A program made the position numbers and the translations under genes. The notes under the pieces were generated by a model that saw only the letters and a program-made list of their open reading frames with translations, did not search any database and was not told the origin of the DNA. A stretch of DNA of 64,000 nt from Candidatus Bathyarchaeia archaeon (GTDB lineage Archaea; Thermoproteota; Bathyarchaeia; Bathyarchaeales; Bathycorpusculaceae), in the NCBI GenBank assembly GCA_049515895.1, contig JBEKTQ010000005.1:32001-96000 (forward strand), in the 5' to 3' direction. Shown here piece after piece: positions 59,581-64,000 of this stretch; position 1 is the first letter of the stretch; the number at the start of each line of letters is the position of its first letter.

Positions 59581-59746
59581 ATCACAAATAGCCTTCCAAA
59601 GAGACGACGAGAAAAGCTCGCATCTGCGAAACCGCTTGCTAGAGCAAATAGTTTTTTTCACTTCCTGTTTAACGAAACTGGCTTTAATTTTGTTGCAAAA
59701 CTTAAATATGACGCGCGTCATGTTTTATATACCCCGTCCGACCCAA

Positions 59747-60577
59747 ATGAACAAAAGACACACCTTGATAATTGCAATCCTTATTATTTCGTCTTTATCC
59801 CTTACATTCTTCAATTCAAAACTCTATCCAGCCCAAGCTCAAACATCCAATACAACAGCACAACTCACGATCACGGGACTAGTAGAAAACCCTCTGACCC
59901 TAACCCTCCACGACATCCAAACTATGCCACAAACCACTGAATACGCCGAAATGTACTGCGTAGATGATCCTAGAACGCCTTTAGAACAGGGCGCCTGGAC
60001 GGGTGTCGAACTCTCTTACTTACTTCAACAAGCTGGTGTGTCCCCCGATGCGATTAAGGTCGCATTTCTCGCGTCTGATGACTACAGTACCGATTTAACG
60101 GTTCAAATGGCGATGCAAGCAAACATTTTAGTTGCTTACCAAAAAGATAATTCATCATTAGGCGCACTGCAGTTGGTCGTGCCAGGCAACTGGGGCTACA
60201 AATGGATAACTAATCCCACTCAAATCCAGCTTGTGAACTATGACTTTTTGGGTACCACGGAAAGCGAAGGGTACTCAGATGACGCCACAGTGTCTAATGT
60301 TGGAGGAACCCTTCCGGTGACGCAGCCAAATCCGATTACAATTCCAGCCCAAAATTCAACCCTTGTACCGACGAGCTCGTCCCCTTCAGTGCCAACTTTT
60401 TCCCCTACAGCATCGCCAGTTGCTTCAAACCCTGAGCACCAATCAACAGGGACACATTTTGCCTATGCCACTACGGCCTCGGCAATAATCGCAGGATCAG
60501 CAGCAGTAGCTTTAGTCTTCATTTTAACAAAGCGAAAGAGAAAACCTGAGTCAGAAGACTCGCTCGCAACCGTATAG
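59747..60577 (+). CDS. Molybdopterin-dependent oxidoreductase (sulfite oxidase family) domain, membrane-anchored
   Basis: LTITGLVENPLTLT, MYCVD (Mo-ligating Cys), WTGVEL..LL..AG, LVVPGNWGYKWI. C-terminal TM. Confidence 0.8.
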   Translation: MNKRHTLIIAILIISSLSLTFFNSKLYPAQAQTSNTTAQLTITGLVENPLTLTLHDIQTMPQTTEYAEMYCVDDPRTPLEQGAWTGVELSYLLQQAGVSPDAIKVAFLASDDYSTDLTVQMAMQANILVAYQKDNSSLGALQLVVPGNWGYKWITNPTQIQLVNYDFLGTTESEGYSDDATVSNVGGTLPVTQPNPITIPAQNSTLVPTSSSPSVPTFSPTASPVASNPEHQSTGTHFAYATTASAIIAGSAAVALVFILTKRKRKPESEDSLATV

Positions 60578-61287
60578 AAATAAGTCCTCATGCGCTTAAC
60601 TTTGAAGGCTTCGGAGATACGGTTTCTTTCAAGAGCGCGAATACGGCAGATTTAAAGAGAAATGATCATGATGATTGTCAGTATGATTGGTTCTGACTCA
60701 GCGTTTGGGAGAGAGGCTGCAAACAAAGAGATGCTTGCAAAAGTTTCGGTGCGCAGCGTTGTTCACAATTCCAATTAAAGAAGCGAGCATTCAGTCTAAG
60801 CAGCTTTTCGCGTCGCTAGTTTTAATCAATGTATTTTTCCCTTAAGAACAATCTTTTTCACTACCCAAAGCGTAGGGTATGATATTTATTGATAAGAAAT
60901 ATTCACAAAAAGCAAACAAGAATGCTAATGTCCGCCCTAAAACAAAAAGGTAGCCTGAAAACAATTGCGAACTATCCTTCTCATGCTCTGTTCTTTTGAA
61001 CAAATAAATAACGAAGAAATGGTAAGAATGACTGTCCCAGAAAATGTTAAATGGCTGAGGATAAATCGATTTTGCTAAAAAGGGTTTCCAGAGCCTCGTG
61101 TCTCTTCATTGCTAACGCAATGAGAATACAGGATCTACTTTACGAATTTGGGGATAACATGCACACTACTACATTATCTGTGCCGATAGGTAAGTTATAT
61201 AAGTTTAAACATGACAAACTGGCAGTGGTTAAGAAGTATTTCCCATTCTTCTTTGAACCAAAAAACAAAATTAAGGAAGAAAACAAA

Positions 61288-64000
61288 ATGAAAACACTAA
61301 AAAACAAAATTGCAGCTATTACGATTTCTATGTTCTTTATACTTTCAATGGCAGCTTCAACGATGCTGATACCAAACGCAAGCGCACACACACCGGCATG
61401 GAGCATCCCAACGTACGCCTACATCGTCGCGGCACCCAGCCCTATAGGCGTCGGTCAAAGCGCACACATTTACATGTGGCTTGATTGCGTCTACGGAGCG
61501 GCAGGCGGCACAACCGCAGCAGTTGGAACTAACGGTTTCACGGCAAGCGCGGCATTATTATCAAATACCTACAGGTTCCACAACTACAAGCTTACCATCA
61601 CTGCACCCGACAACACAGTAACAACCCAGACTTTTCCAGTCATCACGGACACAACATCGTCACAGTACACGATCTTTACTCCCACCCAAACTGGAACATA
61701 CACCTTCGACTTTACCTTCCCAGGACAAGTATACGGCGCAGATGGTAACGGCTACTCCGGGTCACCATTGATAGGTGATACCTATTTGCCTAGCAACGCA
61801 TCAACAACTCTTATCGTCCAGCAAACACCGATTTCTGCGCCCATTAATAGCTATCCGCTTCCAACAGCTTACTGGACACATCCGGTATACGGTGAAAACA
61901 CTGACTGGTGGTCAATCTCGTCAAACTGGCTAGGTTCAGGTTCAGCACCTCCAGGAGGATACAGCAGCAGCGGTTCATTCTCTACATTGTACCATAATGA
62001 TGCCGTCGGACCTCAAACGTCTCACCTTATGTGGACAAAGGATCTTCAATTTGGAGGAGTTGCAGGAGGAAACCAGTTTCTTGCGGGTGGCTCAAATCCA
62101 AACGGAGCTATTCCAGGAGCACAGTATTTCGAAGGGTCCTCCTACGCGCCAAGATTCTACAATCCAATAATAATCAACGGAGTCATCTTCTACACTGAAG
62201 TGGCATCATTCACAGGCTCACCAATTATGGGCGGCAGCGCTACTGGACCAACCGATGCGGTTGACCTCCGCACGGGACAGCTTCTCTGGTCGCGTATGGA
62301 TGTACCGCAGCTATCATTCGGTTACATATACAATCTTTATGATCCCGACCAGCACGGAGTTTATCCACCAGTACTAGTGGCAACTGTAGGAAGCCAATGG
62401 AACTTGTACGATGCATACACAGGAGATTCACTATTCAACGTAACTAATGTTCCATCTGGGACAGCAGTCATGGGTCCAAGCGGTGAACAGCTGAGATACG
62501 TCGCGTTAAACACCGGTACAACTGCAAATCCACAATGGTACTTATCTGAATGGAACATGTCCAAGCTATGGCAGTACGACATTAACCCATACACTGGCGG
62601 CGGAAGCTTATCACCATCGATTATAAATGCAACCAATGGAGCCCTAATTCAACAACTTCCTATTCCGATTACGGGAGAGTCAGGCACTTTACCGCCTGGT
62701 CATCCAACCTCTGCAAGCTCAGCTTGTCCCTACGGTTCTTGGCTGACAGTCAATGCTAACGTTCCTATGAACTCAAATGCACTCCTTCCAGGATCAACAA
62801 CAACTGCCATCAAAAATATCAACCAGGATTCTTTGACGACATACGACTGGAACATCTCGATACCCTTCGCCAACACTATGCCCGTCGGACCACCCAGTAT
62901 CTTTGGACCAGCGAGTCCCTTTACAATAGTCGCAGCTAACTACAACGATATCTTGTTATGCAGAAACGGCTCATTACCTAGTGGTTTTGAGGCAACCGGC
63001 ACAGGCACTTCACAAGGTCCTTATACATACTTCGCTGTTAACCTCAATTCATCTAGGGGCACCGTCGGCTCGATACTTTGGATGAAAACATATAATCCGC
63101 CAGCAGGCAACATCACTCTTAACGCTGAGCCAGTTGACTTCCAGACCCGCGTCTTCACATTTGATTATGGAGAAACTCTACAATGGGTAGGATACAGTCT
63201 GGACACAGGCAACATGCTATGGGGTCCAACTGCGCCTCAAAAGTCATTTGACTACTATGGTTACCCAGGAACAGTCTCTTTACCTGCTACAATCGCTTAC
63301 GGCCACCTATACTGCAGTTCATTCTCAGGAATATGTTACGCGTATAACGATTTGACTGGCCACGTAGATTGGACTTGGGGTAACGGAGCACCAGGATCAG
63401 ACAACAGCACTTATGGCGGCTTGCAAATCTTCTACGGTGATTACCCAACCATGATTCAGTCTATTGCTAACGGAGTAATATACTTAGCAACTAACGAGCA
63501 CACTATACCTAACCCGATTTACAAGGGCGCAGTGGCAACAGCTCTCAATGCTACAACAGGGAAATTAATATGGCAACTCTCTGATTACCCAAGCGAATGG
63601 TCCAGCCCTGGCAGTGAATGGGCTACAGCAGATGGCTATATAGCATGTATAAACGGTTATTCCAGCCAAATTTACAGTATTGGCAGGGGACCAAGCGCTA
63701 CTACTGCTGAGGTAGAACCCTTTGGTGCATCCGTAGTGATTAGCGGTACGGTGATGGATGTTTCTTCTGGTACAAAACAAAACCAACAGGCTGCTGACTT
63801 TCCAAACGGCGTTCCTTGCTCTTCTGATGCTAGCATGAAAGACTGGATGGGCTACGTCTACCAGCAGAAGCCGGTTCCGACCAACTTTACAGGCGTTCCC
63901 GTTAACGTGTACGTATTAGACTCTAACCACAACTACAGACAAATAGGCACCGCAACCACTGACGCAACTGGTACGTACAGCCTAACATGGACACCAGACA
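61288..64000 (+). CDS. Large secreted PQQ-like beta-propeller surface protein (partial, runs off the window end)
   Basis: Open from ATG 61288: MKTLKNKIAAITISMFFILSMAAS...PTYAYIVAAPSPIGVGQ...YPLPTAYWTHPVYGEN...AVDLRTGQLLW...ALNATTGKLIW. No stop seen before 64000, which explains its absence from the ORF track. Confidence 0.85.
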   Translation, partial: MKTLKNKIAAITISMFFILSMAASTMLIPNASAHTPAWSIPTYAYIVAAPSPIGVGQSAHIYMWLDCVYGAAGGTTAAVGTNGFTASAALLSNTYRFHNYKLTITAPDNTVTTQTFPVITDTTSSQYTIFTPTQTGTYTFDFTFPGQVYGADGNGYSGSPLIGDTYLPSNASTTLIVQQTPISAPINSYPLPTAYWTHPVYGENTDWWSISSNWLGSGSAPPGGYSSSGSFSTLYHNDAVGPQTSHLMWTKDLQFGGVAGGNQFLAGGSNPNGAIPGAQYFEGSSYAPRFYNPIIINGVIFYTEVASFTGSPIMGGSATGPTDAVDLRTGQLLWSRMDVPQLSFGYIYNLYDPDQHGVYPPVLVATVGSQWNLYDAYTGDSLFNVTNVPSGTAVMGPSGEQLRYVALNTGTTANPQWYLSEWNMSKLWQYDINPYTGGGSLSPSIINATNGALIQQLPIPITGESGTLPPGHPTSASSACPYGSWLTVNANVPMNSNALLPGSTTTAIKNINQDSLTTYDWNISIPFANTMPVGPPSIFGPASPFTIVAANYNDILLCRNGSLPSGFEATGTGTSQGPYTYFAVNLNSSRGTVGSILWMKTYNPPAGNITLNAEPVDFQTRVFTFDYGETLQWVGYSLDTGNMLWGPTAPQKSFDYYGYPGTVSLPATIAYGHLYCSSFSGICYAYNDLTGHVDWTWGNGAPGSDNSTYGGLQIFYGDYPTMIQSIANGVIYLATNEHTIPNPIYKGAVATALNATTGKLIWQLSDYPSEWSSPGSEWATADGYIACINGYSSQIYSIGRGPSATTAEVEPFGASVVISGTVMDVSSGTKQNQQAADFPNGVPCSSDASMKDWMGYVYQQKPVPTNFTGVPVNVYVLDSNHNYRQIGTATTDATGTYSLTWTPD

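Noticed and set aside
60580-61280. 700-bp intergenic region as ncRNA or gene
   Set aside because: AT-rich, with no convincing ORF or stable structure seen by eye.

Overview
Archaeal chromosomal window, most consistent with Bathyarchaeia (TACK). Evidence for this: unsplit rpoB, fused rpoA'/A'', an intron-containing tRNA-Leu, and typical secreted PQQ-like beta-propeller and FxLYD-type proteins. Left to right it holds: an XPB-Bax1 repair pair; a type IV pilus locus with two small pilins, an ATPase, a TadC/PilC-type platform and a 1773-aa pilin-like adhesin with 10 Ig-like repeats; small regulators behind a tandem palindromic operator; an ABC exporter plus acyltransferase; a COG2403 (ArcE/CpgS-like) ligase; a radical SAM enzyme; TrmI; a kinase; two PadR regulators; the rpoB-rpoA-L30e-nusA operon without rpoH; a decayed IS/methyltransferase patch; PepF; tRNA-Leu(CAA) with a tiny att-bounded islet carrying a dead RelE-type toxin-antitoxin pair; a 9-gene FdrA/DUF1116/DUF2877/carbamate kinase/BMP-ABC operon preceded by an orphan pyrI; and several secreted proteins. 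The best candidates for new biology are the archaeal AllFGH/K-like carbamoyltransferase operon with its orphan PyrI, and the giant modular pilin-adhesin. All calls come from reading motifs by eye; no database searches were run.
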